Shown: piece by piece, positions 40,265-55,189 of the stretch
Numbering within the stretch: the stretch's first letter is position 1
How the letters are laid out: each line of letters starts with the position of its first letter
Origin: the human T2T-CHM13v2.0 reference genome, Homo sapiens
NCBI RefSeq assembly: GCF_009914755.1
Contig: NC_060939.1
Reading direction: 5' to 3' (one strand)
Length of the DNA stretch: 64,000 bases
The notes under the pieces: model-generated
Told to the model about the DNA's origin: nothing
Seen by the model: only the letters and a program-made list of their open reading frames with translations
The model's database searches: none
Position numbers and translations under genes: made by a program

Positions 40265-41561
40265 CTAAAGAAAAAGAAATTTAAAAAAAGAAATAAATAT
40301 ACCAACATTTTAAAAATAAATTCTATTCATTACAATTTAATTCAAGACTTTTCTTCCTTATTTTAATAATTAGGCTATGATATTAAAATAAAAGTGAAGA
40401 AACTTTTAAACGCAAAGGAGACCACTTCAGTGATGGGAAAATCTCCCCTTGACTGATGGCCACTCTGCTTCCTCGCATTGTTCCTGAGCACAGAATGGCT
40501 TGGAAGCCCCTAAACATGGTCCTCCAAGTCAGAGTTTATGCTGCCAATCTGTCATGCAAACGAGCTGTCATGCTTTCTGTCGCTATGTCAGAAGTCAGTG
40601 AGGGGGAGGCTTTCCAGAAGCCGCCTCTGGAGCAGCTGGCTGCCTGGATCAAGAGCGTTGGCCGTTTACCATCACAGCAAGGGGCCAAACATCTGGCCAG
40701 AGCCCCAGCAGAGGAAGGGGAGTGTAAGGTGAGGGAGACGAAGGGAGAACAGGGATGGGTCCATGAGGATGGGAGGAGATGGGAAGAAAAGGAGGTTTTT
40801 CTGAGATTTGGAGTTTTACTTACTACCAGTAGTCAAAAGTACCGCATCTTAAACTTCAGTACTCAGGAAGAAAATCTGCTCACCACCCACAGCAAGTGAA
40901 GGGAGATTTGGGGATCCCGGGGCACAGGCAAGCAGCAATGAATAGCTCTGAAGAGCCTATGTAAGCAGGGTTTGATTGAGAGCCTTTTTCCTCCATCAAA
41001 TTCAAGTTTTATTAGCCAGCCTCCAGATGCTTCTCCTTAAGACAGATTAATATCAAGTTCGTTGTTCCACTTGAAACTGAAGAATAGGAATGGCAGTGTG
41101 AGAGCCAAACACATGTGAACTGTTCAAGAGTCCCAGTAGGAAATCTCCTCTGCAAATAATTTATGAGTGAGCTCTGTTCTTCTTTGCATCGGTCACCTTT
41201 CACGTGCCAAATCAGATAGGAGAGGCCAAGAGACTCTCCGCCTCCCCGTAGTTGTAAACATGAGTTTATTGTCTAGAGAGAGCCCTGTGTTGGCTACAAA
41301 AAGTGGCCTGTTCTAGTGGTGCTGTGCTGTTCTTGAGAAGACACTACTTCTCTGAGGAGGAACATCAATGAGCCAGGCTCAGACATATAAGCAGAAATAG
41401 GGGAGAGGTTTCTATGAAAACATCCTAAGTAGTGAGTGAATGGCTCCAAATAATGAAACATGACTATGAAACGGACACCAGCCTCGTGTGAGAACAGGTG
41501 GTAGGTATCCAGGAAAATCCTAAAAGAACACTCCTGTTCTCAATTATCAGAAGGTGGTTCT

Positions 41562-42255
<694 letters not shown>

Positions 42256-43996
42256 CTAGATAGGAGTTCACAATTTCTGTGTTTAAGGGCATCAGAATGC
42301 CAGCCTTATCCTTAAGTCCTTTGAATACAACACAGAGGACTCAGGGCCCCCCTCGGTGGCATATCTCCTGTGTAGAATAAATCTCCATGGCAAAGGTTCT
42401 TAAAAACTTAGACCTTGGGACCAACGCCCTGATAGAAATGGGAGGTGCTAATGAGACAATTAGTACAACGTGAATCTGTCTTTGCAGCCCCCGCAGGTCT
42501 CTGTTCTGCACAGAACTTGGAGCATTACCAGAAAATGTTGGTGATGGAGTGGGGCATTTTCCATTTGGAGAAGTGATTTTTATTATTATTACAGGCTTTT
42601 GTCAGTATTACAGAAATTGGGGGGAGAAAAAGAAAAGGGACTAATCACAAATGCTATTTACCAAGCCACATTAGTCAAAATACTGCATTTTAAAACCCCT
42701 TAAGTTGTTATACATCATCATATAAGTCATCGCCAAGTAGTAATACAAATTCTTGAGAGTTATGTTGACATGGAATTTGTCAGCCGAAGTGCTGGAAAAT
42801 TTACCTCTGCTCATATATCTGTAGTCATATCCTCCAAAGAAATTAACATATAATAATGCTAATATTTCAAGGTAATGTTTTCCCATGAGGACGCCATATT
42901 TTATCTGTTAATATCATCTGTGTAAAAACTATTCAATTACAGTATCAAGCTGTATATGATTAATATTGATATCAGCATGCTAACGGTGACTTTGCAGGCA
43001 TGAAAGCCTTACAGTCAACTCCACGGTGAACCTGGGAAAAGAAATGAATTCATTTCTGCTAAGTGAGTAAAATGGGAGTGAATTAAGACTCACACCAAAA
43101 AATGAAATTAATAGTCCCACTGAGAGCCAGCCATCTTTATTAAGAGTTCCAAAACTCTGGAAATCTTAGTCTTAAAGGTAGGACTAAGGATAGGGACTTT
43201 ATGAAGACTTAAGGGGGCCAAAACGTGAAGGCGGTAAGTGGGTAGAAGTCCTAGAAAAGTGCATGGAGATTAGTAGGCTGCAAGTATTCAAAAGAACATG
43301 ATATTCAGAAAAAAATGTCTATTTTTGATGATCTAGTGTTTTGTTTCTTTGCTCTCCATTTCTTTCAATTTTGTCATCCTACTCTTATATCAGCCACCTT
43401 CATCCCCTCTTTTAAGTTGTACCATTTGCCTTGAGCCTTTGACTTCCCTTATGCCTCCAAACTTTCTCTCCTAACTCTAAAAATTGCTCCTGAAATCTCA
43501 CCTCTTCAGAAGGGCTTCCTGACTACTTTAAAATCTACCAGAGATACTGCCTCCCACAAATACTTGGATTTTTTTTCAACCTATCTCATTCACTTATACA
43601 TTTGTTTGACTGTAACTTAAATTCCGCAAAAAAAGTATATGTATGTAAGTAGACATCCGTGGAACCAGCATCCAGAGCTAAACCAATGGAGAATATTTCT
43701 CACCATGAGAACCAGGAGACTCTACTTTGCCTTATGGCTAGTGACGATACCATTAGCAGTCACCAGTCATCTTCTTGTACATCCATGGCAGTGTCTTGAA
43801 ACAAATTAAGCTTGAGAATGTGGCCTCCATCGTCCTTGTTTAGAACAAAAGGTTATGAACTAGTAACTTGCTTCTGGTAAGTCAGACGTGATCAGAGGAA
43901 TCAGAAATATGAAGAAACAACCCTCATTAATATGAAGATGTTATAATCTCTGAGACCCAAAGCTATAATTTCAAATAATTTCTGGGTCCAGGTATT

Positions 43997-44046
43997 CACT
44001 GACTCAGCACACTTATCCACACATAAATAAGTGTGCTGAGTCAGTG
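43997..44046. promoter_or_regulatory. Perfect 20-bp inverted repeat with two TGACTCAGCA (AP-1/MARE/ARE-type) motifs
   Basis: CACTGACTCAGCACACTTAT-N10-ATAAGTGTGCTGAGTCAGTG. The palindrome is certain; regulatory function is inferred. Confidence 0.6.
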
Positions 44047-44962
44047 GGGGGACTGTGTTTTAAATATTTAGTTGTAACTCTTTTTTTTTTTGCCATATTG
44101 TGAGATTATCTGAAAAAAAAGTCTAAATATGCATATGTATGTATAATCTCCCAATTACATATTGGTGCTTTGGTATGGCTTAGACAGCCCATATCTAGTG
44201 GCTGGATCTCGTCTACAGTGTGCAATTGTAAAAATTTGCACTTTACTCCCTGTTTCTCCCCATCAGCCTAAGTGTTGAGAAGCTTAGGTAAATTTGGTGG
44301 ACAGTATATAAAGCAGTTTAGGCTGAAATAATATCAGCCTATTTCATCTACATCAAGGCTTCCCAAAGTGTCTTCTAGAAGCACTGTTTACACCAGCACC
44401 AAACAGGTGTTGTTGTTGACAAAAACAAACAAACAAAAAGAAGTTCTATTGACAAATAGGTCTTGAAAATATGGTTGAAACAACAATAAAGGGACAAAAG
44501 ATCCAGAGTAACACAGTGAACACACACACATATATATATATGGTGTGTGTGTGTGTGTGTGTTCACATCACTGAAGAGAATCACGCTTAAGGAATTATAG
44601 GAAAGTGTGACAACAACGACTTATCAAAGAGAAAATATCAATAAGAAGATAAAAAATAGATAATCAAATGGCAATTCTGGAGTTGAAAAATCAATAACTG
44701 AAATGAAAAAGTTACTGAAATAGTTCAATAGCAGACTTTGTCTGCAAAATAAAAGAATCAGCGAAATAAAAGATGGATCAATAGAAATAATCTAATCCAA
44801 AGAACGAAAAAATGAAGAAAAATGAACAAAGCCTCAGAGACCTGTGGGACACCATCAAGCATATCAACATATATTTAATAGAAGTCCCAGAATAAAAAAA
44901 GAGTGAGAAAGCAGCAGAAAAAAAATTTAATTATGGGTGAAAACTTCCCAAATTTAGTAAAT

Positions 44963-45276
44963 AGGCAGAGCACAGAGGATTTTTAGGTCAGTGAAACTAT
45001 TCTATATGACAATATAGTGGTGGATATATGTCATATACATTTGTCAACAACCATAGAATGTGTAATCTCAAGAGTGAGGCCTACTGTAAACTATGAACTT
45101 TGGGTAATAATGATGTGTCAATGTAGGTTTGTCTGTAACACACGCACAACCATAGAGTGTTTATAGTGGATGAGGCTATGTATGGATGGAGGTGGTGGGG
45201 TGTGTGGGAACACTGTACTTTCTGTTTAACCTTGCTGTGAGCCAAAATTCCTCTAAAAAATAAGTTCTATTTAAAA
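44963..45276 (+). mobile_element. L1MC-like 3' end nested in the older L1
   Basis: Similar to 39645-39950; flanked by degenerate duplication AAACTTCCCAAATTTAGTAAATA / AAACTTTCAAATGTGATGAATA. Confidence 0.8.
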
Positions 45277-45805
45277 GAAACTTTCAAATGTGATGAATAA
45301 CATTAATGTATCCATCCAAAAAGCTCAACCAACGCCAAGCAAAATACATACAAAGAGATCGACACCTAGACATGTCATAGTCAAACTGTTTACAGATGAA
45401 AATCTTAAAAGCAGAAAAAGAAAACTAACTTATCACATATAAGACACTTACAGAAAACAAATAGCAAAATGACAGAAGTAAATTCAACCATGTCAACAAT
45501 TACATTAAGTGTAAATGGGTAAAACATTCCAATAACAACTCAGAGATTGTCAGACTCAATTAGCAGCAAGATCAAACCCAATGCTGTCTAAAGACACACA
45601 TTTTATATTCAAAGACCTCTATAGGTTAAAAGTCAAATGATGAAAATATGTATCATGCAAATAGTAACCATAAGACAGCAGAAAAGGCAATCCCAGAAAA
45701 AAATAAAATATCAGACAAAATATACTTTTACACCAAAATTATTACTTTAGTAAAAAAAAAAAAAGGAGATATTTAAATGATCAGTTGTGGTCAATTCATT
45801 GGCAA

Positions 45806-45946
45806 TAGCCAGGTATGGTAATGCATGCCTTTAGTCCCAGCTACCCAGTAGGCTGAGGCAGGAGCCCAGGAGTTTGAGGCTGCAGTGAGCTGTGACTATC
45901 CCACAGCAGTCCTAGGCAACAGAGTGAGAAGCCACCTTAGAAAAAA
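45806..45946 (+). mobile_element. Alu right monomer (FRAM or truncated AluJ)
   Basis: TAGCCAGGTATGG...GAGGCTGCAGTGAGCTGTGA...GGCAACAGAGTGAGA. Confidence 0.85.
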
Positions 45947-47192
45947 TCAAGAAGGTACAAAATTACAATCAGTATGTTATTTATTATATTCTAAACATTC
46001 TGTTTTATATGTAATAAGAGTCTCAAAATATATGAGGCAAAACCTGATATAACTGAAAGGAGATTTCAGCAATAATAAATTGTTGGAGACTTCATTACTA
46101 TACTCTCAATAGTTGATAAAACGACTAGTCCAAAAAATCAACAAGATATACAAGACTTGAACAACATTATCAACTAACTTTACCTAATTGATATCTATAG
46201 AACACCACACCCAATGATAGCAGAATAAACATTCTGCTAAAATAAACATTTTAAGTACAATCTTGGAACATTCACCAAGGTAGACCATATGCTAGGCATA
46301 AAAATAAGCATAAAACAAGTCTCAATAAATTTAAATGGATTGAAATCACACAAAATAAATTATCTGACCACAATGAAATGCAAACAAAAGTCAACGACAA
46401 AAAGAAATTTGAGTTATCCCAAAGTACTTGAAAATAAAACACATATTTTAAATAATGGGCCAAAGAAAAAAACCACAGTGGAAATTACAAAATACTTTGA
46501 ATGAAAATGAAAATACAATATATTAAAATAGATGAAATGCAGCTAAAGCAGTTCTTAGAGAGAAAGTAACAGTGTTAAATGCTAATAGTAGGAAAAAAGA
46601 ATGGTCACGAATCAATACTTAAGCTAACATTATAACTAGAAAAAGGCTATCACACTAGTGTCAAAACCGGCAGAAGGAAGAAAATAATAGAAATTAAATT
46701 AGAAATCAATTAAATAGTGAACAGAAACAAAAATAAAGGAAAATGGAATGTTGATTCTTTAAAAAGATCAACAAAATTGACAAATTTTTAACTAGAATAC
46801 AAGGAAAAAGAGAAAAGCAAATTACCAAAACTCAAGAATAAAAAGAAGACATCACTACCTAGCCTAAGCTAAAAGACTCAAAAGAGCATACTGTTACGTT
46901 ATTAAAACCTTCATTCTAACAAATTAGAAACATATGAAATGAACAAATCTTTAGACAGTCACAAATTCTCAAAATTATTTTCAGGAGAAGTAGAAAATCT
47001 GAATAGACCTTTAAAGAAGTTAAAATAGTAATTAAAAATTTATTACCCAAAATCTTAGTTACAGAGGACTTTTGCCAGTGAATTCTGTCAAATACTTGAT
47101 GAAATAATATCAATCCTTCTAAATGGATATTTCTCTAAAGATAATAAGTGAACGGCTAATAGGCACAAATTAAAATCACAATTTGATACCAC

Positions 47193-47669
47193 TGAGGCGG
47201 AAGGCCGAACTCAACTCTGGAGGTAGTGTTCGGACTCTGGACCAGACTGAGGACTAACTAAAACAGGGAAGAGGTGAAAGCGTCTCTCCATAAGAGGTGC
47301 CCACCAATATGCCATGTCACTTTACCATTGCCATGGCAGCATCTGCAAGTCACCATCCCATTCTATGTCAACTACCCAACATCTCAAACATTACCACCCT
47401 TGATCTAAAAAATTCTGCGTATTCTGCCTCTTAATTTGCATATAATTAAAATTAGGTATAAATATGGCAGAACCATCTCTGAGTTCCTACTCTTGATACG
47501 CTGCCTATGGGGTAGTCCTGCTCTGCAGGAGCAGTCCCAGAGCTGTGACACTGCCACCTCAGTAAAGCTGTGTTCCTCCCAAACCAGCGCACTCTGGAAT
47601 TCATTCCGGAGCCACGCCAAGAAACTTCCTGAGCTAAGCCTCAATTTGGGACTTGCCTGTCCTGCGTCA
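47193..47669 (+). mobile_element. ERV1 solo LTR, MER66-like
   Basis: TG...CA termini; 4-bp TSD CCAC (ERV1 type); TATA at 47457; end GAGCTAAGCCTCAATTTGGGACTTGCCTGTCCTGCGTCA. Confidence 0.85.
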
Positions 47670-47920
47670 CCACCACAGCCATCAGGACAGCCATAACCAG
47701 AACATAAGCAAAAATAAGCACTGGGAATGTGTGAAGAAACCAGAAATCTCACTCATTTCTGGCAGACATGAAAAATGGTAGCACCACTTAGGAAAACAAT
47801 TTATGTTTAAACATTTAAACATATTTACCATAGAATCTATGAATATTACATAATTCCTACATATCTACTCAATAGAAATGCCCACACAAAAACCTGTAAA
47901 CAAATTTCCTTGGAAACATT

Positions 47921-48527
<607 letters not shown>

Positions 48528-49212
48528 CAACATTATTCTTAATAACCCCAAAGTGGAAACAATCTACACGTCTGACAACTGATGAAAGGATAAAGAAAAT
48601 TTAATACGATTGAATAATATTCAGCAATAAAAGGAACTACTGATACATGACACAACATGGATAAATCTCAAAACCATTATGTTAAGTGAAAGAAGCCAAA
48701 CACAAAAAGATTACATGTTATATAATTCCACTTATATTGAATGTCCAGAAAAGGCAAATCTATAGAAACAGGAAGCAAATTATGGGTTGTTTGCCTGTGT
48801 GGGTAGAAACAAGGATCAACTAACTGCAAATGGGCATGAGTGATCATCTTAAAGTGATAGAAATGTTCTAAACATGGGCTGTGATGACTGCTGTACAACT
48901 TTATAAATTTACTAAGAATCATCAAATTGTTCACTTAAAATTTGTGCATGGTATATTATGTAAATTATCCTGCAATAAAGCTGCTTTAAAAGCAGCAGTA
49001 AAAAGATTAAATTTGCTTGCTACTTTACTTTGCAGAGTAAATAAGCAATGAGCATTGTAAATCTCAGAGATACAGATTACAGGCCATTTACCAAACTTAT
49101 TTGACTCAGAGAACACTTTATCAATAGTTTTAGAAGACTTTTTTCCCCTTATTTTCCATTCTGTCCATGGTATGTAGAGCAATTCATGTTATTAAAGATA
49201 TGAGATACGTTC

Positions 49213-49880
<668 letters not shown>

Positions 49881-50954
49881 ATTGTGAAAGATACTGCTAT
49901 GAGAAAATAAGAAATACGGAGAGGGTTTTTTTTCCATCCAAGTGCCTTAAATTGTGTACGCATTGTAAGAAATACATTAATACTACTTGTAAGTAAATTA
50001 TTTAGCAATCATCACACACACATACAAACACACACGCACACCAGCCCAGCACTTTTAGGCAACTTGCTTTATTATAGGTTTCTGCTAATTCACCAAAAAA
50101 TGTCTAATTTGACAATCGAAGAAGAAAAAAATAAAGACCACAAAATGCCAAGTTCACTGGCAGCATTTAGCATACATTATAACTTGGGCTCTACAACTGC
50201 CCCAGATTCCAGAGCCTGGTTATTCCAAGACAATGTGGGTCAGAGATTTCCTCTGGGTCCAGGAGATAGGCACTAATCCTATGTTTCTAAATCTTACTTG
50301 TGGAAAATAGAGCAGAGTGGATGTGGTTAACGATAGCAGCTATGCCACACTTGAGTCAACAAAATATAAGCCCAGGGAATATTGAGTAAAGTTGGAATAC
50401 CCAAGGGAGCACGGACAGCCTGCTTCTAGAGGACAGCAAGAATAGATGCAATACTTAGAGACGTAACAAGCGACCCCAGGGATCCACTAGTGAAATAGGC
50501 CCACACATCCATTTTCAGCAAATACACCTATGAATTCCACAGCTTTTTGACATCATCCAGTCACTTACGCTTCTGTCCAATTCAATCAAAATGGTCAAAT
50601 TAGTGATGCTTGTACGGAGTCCAATGTACCTTTCTACAATCTCTAAGAAGAATGGGATGCTTGTCCAAATGAGCGTCAGGAGATTCTATTCTAAAGGAAG
50701 AAAACATACTCATGGTGTGGCAAATAAAGTGCTTCCCCAATGGCAGGTTTGAGTATCACTAGCACCTCTCAGGTCCTCCTCTCTGAGATGGGATCACCCT
50801 GCGGCAAGTTGTTAGTAACTAATGAGCAATGAACAGGAAAGAAGATGGTGAAGAAAAATAAAACTCACTCTAAGTTTATGAAGAAAACTTCCTAAACTAA
50901 GTTACTTTTATCATTGAGGAACAATTCAATACCTCCCTTGCCCAAAGTGGAGCA

Positions 50955-51060
50955 CTAAGCTCTTCGCACTGTTTATTTTATGTCGTCCACAAAACGATCC
51001 TATGAGGTATATACTATTCCCATTTTTCTCTTAGAGAAACTGAGGCTGAGAAATGGGCTA
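50955..51060 (-). mobile_element. MIR fragment
   Basis: CCTATGAGGTATATACTATTCCCATTTT..GAGAAACTGAGGCTGAGA. Confidence 0.7.
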
Positions 51061-51178
51061 CTTTGAATAAGCACCCAGTCAACAATACTTGCTCACCATT
51101 TCTTTAGTTTTTAGATAACTTTAAAAATAGTTAGAAGCATATAAATTGTAAAATTAGCACAGAGACTTCTCACTTGAC

Positions 51179-51343
51179 AGAGACGTTGTTGGTTGTTACA
51201 ATTGTGGGGGTGGGGTTATAATACTGGTATTCAGCGAGTAGATGCCTGGAATATTGCTAAACACTCTAGAATACTTTGGTAGCCCTTACAGAAAAGAATT
51301 ATCTAGCTCAAAATGTCAATAGTGCCAAGGTTGGGAAAACTTG
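51179..51343 (+). mobile_element. Partial MER20 (duplicated copy in the left arm)
   Basis: CAAAATGTCAATAGTGCCAAGGTTGGGAAA, the MER20 3' end. Confidence 0.85.
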
Positions 51344-51596
51344 GTTTAGAGAACTATAGGTCTCATGGCAAATCATTTCTCACTTGATCATATCAGCATC
51401 ATTTAAACCAGGGAATTCAAACTAAAATATCCACATTGCCAGCCAGGCAGTGGTCAAGAGTGCAGCAGACCCAGGTACACGGTAGAGAACTAGAAAGCTA
51501 GGAGCCTTTACCAATGGATCCAAGTTTGTGCTCTAGGGCAACAATTGCCCGCAATGTCCTCCCGAACAGGTCAGCCCTCTGGCTTTGCCTACATTT

Positions 51597-51807
51597 CCAA
51601 GTCTGGCTTCTAGGGAAAATCTGATGACCCAGCAAAGTTGGCCTATGCTTCATCATGGCAAGCCCCACTTGAGCTGAGCAGTAGCTTCTCCCTTTGGGCA
51701 GGGAATGTGCTTTCTGGTTCTACACACTCTACCTAGTCTGCTGCACTCTTGACCACTGCCTGGCTGGCCGCTGTAGATATTTGAGTTTGAATTCCCTGGT
51801 TTAAATG
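51597..51807 (-). mobile_element. MER102-like hAT element (5' part also duplicated at 51409-51498)
   Basis: Reverse complement reads CAGGGAATTCAAACTCAAATATCTACAG...GCTACTGCTCAGCTC...TTGCCATG...AGAAGCCAGA. Confidence 0.65.
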
Positions 51808-51863
51808 GTGCTGATACGATCAAGTGAGAAGTGATTTGCCACGAGGCTTATGGTTCTCTAAAG

Positions 51864-52082
51864 CAGGTTTTCCCAACCTTGGCACTATTGACATTTTGAG
51901 CTAGATGATTCTTTTCTGTAAGGGCTACCAAAGTATTCTAAGGTGTTTAGCAATATCTGTGGCCTCTGTTCACTAGATACCAGTATTGTAATCCCACCCT
52001 GACAATTATGACAACCAACAATGTCTCTCAATATTGTCAAATGTCTCTTGGGGGACAAAATCATCCTCGGTTGAGAATCTTC
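51864..52082 (-). mobile_element. MER20, full length
   Basis: CAGGTTTTCCCAACCTTGGCACTATTGAC...GGGGACAAAATCATCCTCGGTTGAGAA. Confidence 0.9.
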
Positions 52083-52149
52083 TCCTTGGAACACACTATT
52101 CTTGAGTCTCAAAACACTTAAAAATAGTCAAGCAAATAGAGTCTCTATT

Positions 52150-52310
52150 TGAGTAAACAGCATTGTACCAATGTCAGTTTCCCGGTTTTGAAAATGCATT
52201 ACAGATATGCATAACATTTTGTGCATTGGAGAAGGCTGGTACAAGGGAAGTCTCTGTGCTATTTTTACAATTTATATGCCTCGAACTATTTTTAAAGTTA
52301 TTTAAAAATT
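52150..52310 (+). mobile_element. L1ME-like 3' terminal fragment
   Basis: ATTGTACCAATGTCAGTTTCCCGGTTTTGA...CTCTGTGCTATTTTTACAA. Confidence 0.6.
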
Positions 52311-52688
52311 AAAGAAAAGGTGAAAAAAATGAATAAATGAATGTGTGCTGAAATGTACACTTCTTTCTCATTTTTAATAGAGTGTATTTGATTTCCTTGA
52401 GGGTAGTAAACCTCACAGGTTATAGCTCTCTATCCCAGGTGCTTAGTATAGAAAACCTTCAGGAAATATTTGAAGTGTTTTAAGGTAATTTAAGAGCAGC
52501 TCAGAAGACAGGAACTCATGGATATGTATTGACCACTTAGTAATCTCTTGAAAGAAAAGAAGTTACCTTTCTCCATAAAGCAATAAGCAAAAGAAGACGA
52601 CTAAGGAGAAAATAAAAAGAACAAGGAAGAAATTTGGATTCCTGAACTCATTTGATCTATTTAACAAAGGGAAGCACATTTTAAAGTT

Positions 52689-52867
52689 GAGAAAGAAAGA
52701 AAAATGGAAGGAAGGAAGGAAGGAAGGAGTAGGGAGGAGATATGGAAAGAAGGAAGAAGGAAGCGAAGGGAAGGGAAAGGAAAAAAAGGGAAGGAAAGGG
52801 AGGAGGGAGGGAAGGAAGGGGGAAGGAAGGAGAGAGAGAAACAGAGGAAAGCTGAAAGGGAAAAGAA
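52689..52867. repeat. Purine-rich (GGAA)/(GGGA) low-complexity repeat
   Basis: Directly visible. Confidence 0.92.
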
Positions 52868-53571
52868 GTTATTCTTATAATGATTCTCTGTTATAAACAC
52901 ATTTTGAGCAGATTGTAAAAAGCAATTCAACAGAAATTAGATTACAAAGAGCACACAGTACGCTAAGTGTGACTGTATTATGCAAACAGGGAATTAATTA
53001 GTTTAGAACATGGTTTTTCCATTAAGATCTGCAAACATGTGAGTCTTATTGGTGACAGTCTTGGGTCTTTCCCTTAAGGTCATGTGAGCCCTGGCAGCAT
53101 GACGTTTCTAGGCTATGGTCCTGGCCCACTAGTATCCACTGCAATTAGTCACTTGATCTTTAGGCAGTGACACCTGGATTCGTGGGGGGAATTTCTACAT
53201 CATTAGAAGAAAACTGCTTACTTCCATTTCAGCATTTGTTTAATCAGTGGACATAGGCAGTGACATTTCAGTTAGGCTGGTACAAAATGGTAATGGAACA
53301 CTTCCTCATAGGTTTTTTGGTCAAATTTTCCCTCCAAAAATAAAGAAAATGGTTTTAATTTTACATTAATGCATTAAACCACTTACTAATAATTCTAATA
53401 ATCAACAGCTAATAGATCTGTGGAGTGTTTCCATCACTCTGATAGCTTATTGGGCCATACTACAAATGTATTATTTTATTTTAATATGATCACATTGGAT
53501 TTGATTTGCTTGGGCTGTTATAAAAAGGCTTCGTGGTAATCTCTGGTTGTAAATCATGGACACCTGGCAGT

Positions 53572-53988
<417 letters not shown>

Positions 53989-54034
53989 TGATGAAAACTT
54001 CAGATTTACAGTTGACAAGTTTGGCCAGAGCTGA

Positions 54035-54232
54035 GAGCATTCATAATATATTGTTTTATCTTTATCATAACCCTATGAGTTCAGTAATAGTTTTTCTATT
54101 TAACATAGTAGGACATTTAGCTTCAAAGAAGTGAAACAATTTGTTTAGTGTTGCACATATGAGAAAGAACTGTATTTCAACTCTGGTGTGAATTCAAACT
54201 TGAAGTCCATACGCTTTCCGTTTTCCACTGCT
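54035..54232 (-). mobile_element. MIR
   Basis: ATAACCCTATGAG...AGAAGTGAAACAATTTG. Confidence 0.6.
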
Positions 54233-55189
54233 GCCTGTATGGACGCACGCACACGAACAGTACTGATACTGTGAAAGGAAAGTATGATGAAATTGAAGAA
54301 CATAAGCAAAGGGGTGCCCATCCCTCAGGGCTGGTGCTGCCTGCTCTCTTCCTCACGGTTACCTAAAAATTCATCACGAGGAATCAAGGAATCCAGGAGA
54401 GGCACTTTCTATTACAACTCTGCTAGCAACTGGATTTCCATCACAAGTACCAACAAGGAAATACCCGTGCAAGCCTTCATAAGGCCCTCCAATCTCATGC
54501 CCGATTTCTTCCTACACAATAACCCCATGCCTGCCGCTCTTGTAATGAGAGCAGCTTTGCCACCCCCTAGTCCTCTCGTTTTAATTTCTGCTCTGTAGCA
54601 TCCTTTATCACAAGGGAAGCACAGACTCAGCCATTCTCCCAGCATCTCTCCATTATCAAATACACTTCTTGTTCCCACTACTGGCTGCTTGGGGAGATGT
54701 TAACTGATTCCCTGGTTTAAATCTGCAGCACTTCAAAAGACTTTTCTGTCTTCACTAGCGCCAGTGCCTGGCACATGGCCACAGCCAGGAAGCTGAGGTT
54801 TGCTCTTGAGTCCCAATGCAATCATGCACTGTCTGCTTCTCGCTGCTCCCAAGTTCTGAAAGTGTTTTCAAAAATCCTCTGTGTTGCAAGAATGAAAATT
54901 GACTCAAGATAGCCAGAACCATCCAGCTGCTGAGAAAAACCTATCTGCAACAGAGCGATTAGAGAGGAACGTTTCTGCTGGAGGAAGGGCAGGACTTGAA
55001 TAGCCAGCGAAGTCCTTCTGTGAAGAAGGAGAAGTGAGGAGGCCGGGATGACTTCTCCTCATTCCAGCATTTATTAGTCACTGACTCTGCACCACAGTAG
55101 GCTGTGGCAGTGCAGAGCTTCCACAAAGAAACACATGCTCCTGAACATCTGGCAGTGGACAAATCAACCACGCAACAAATATGATCCTG

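Larger units (their letters stand above)
51093..52323. repeat. Inverted duplication: left arm 51093-51498, spacer 51499-51708, right arm 51709-52323 (52029-52241 absent from the left arm)
   Basis: Direct reverse-complement matches, e.g. 51301-51340 = rc 51867-51906 (40/40) and 51438-51470 = rc 51736-51768 (33/33). Confidence 0.96.

Noticed and set aside
51409-51807. CAGGG...CCCTG read as a single transposon with long terminal inverted repeats
   Set aside because: The inverted identity continues hundreds of bp beyond these ends into MER20 and L1 pieces, so it is a genomic inverted duplication.
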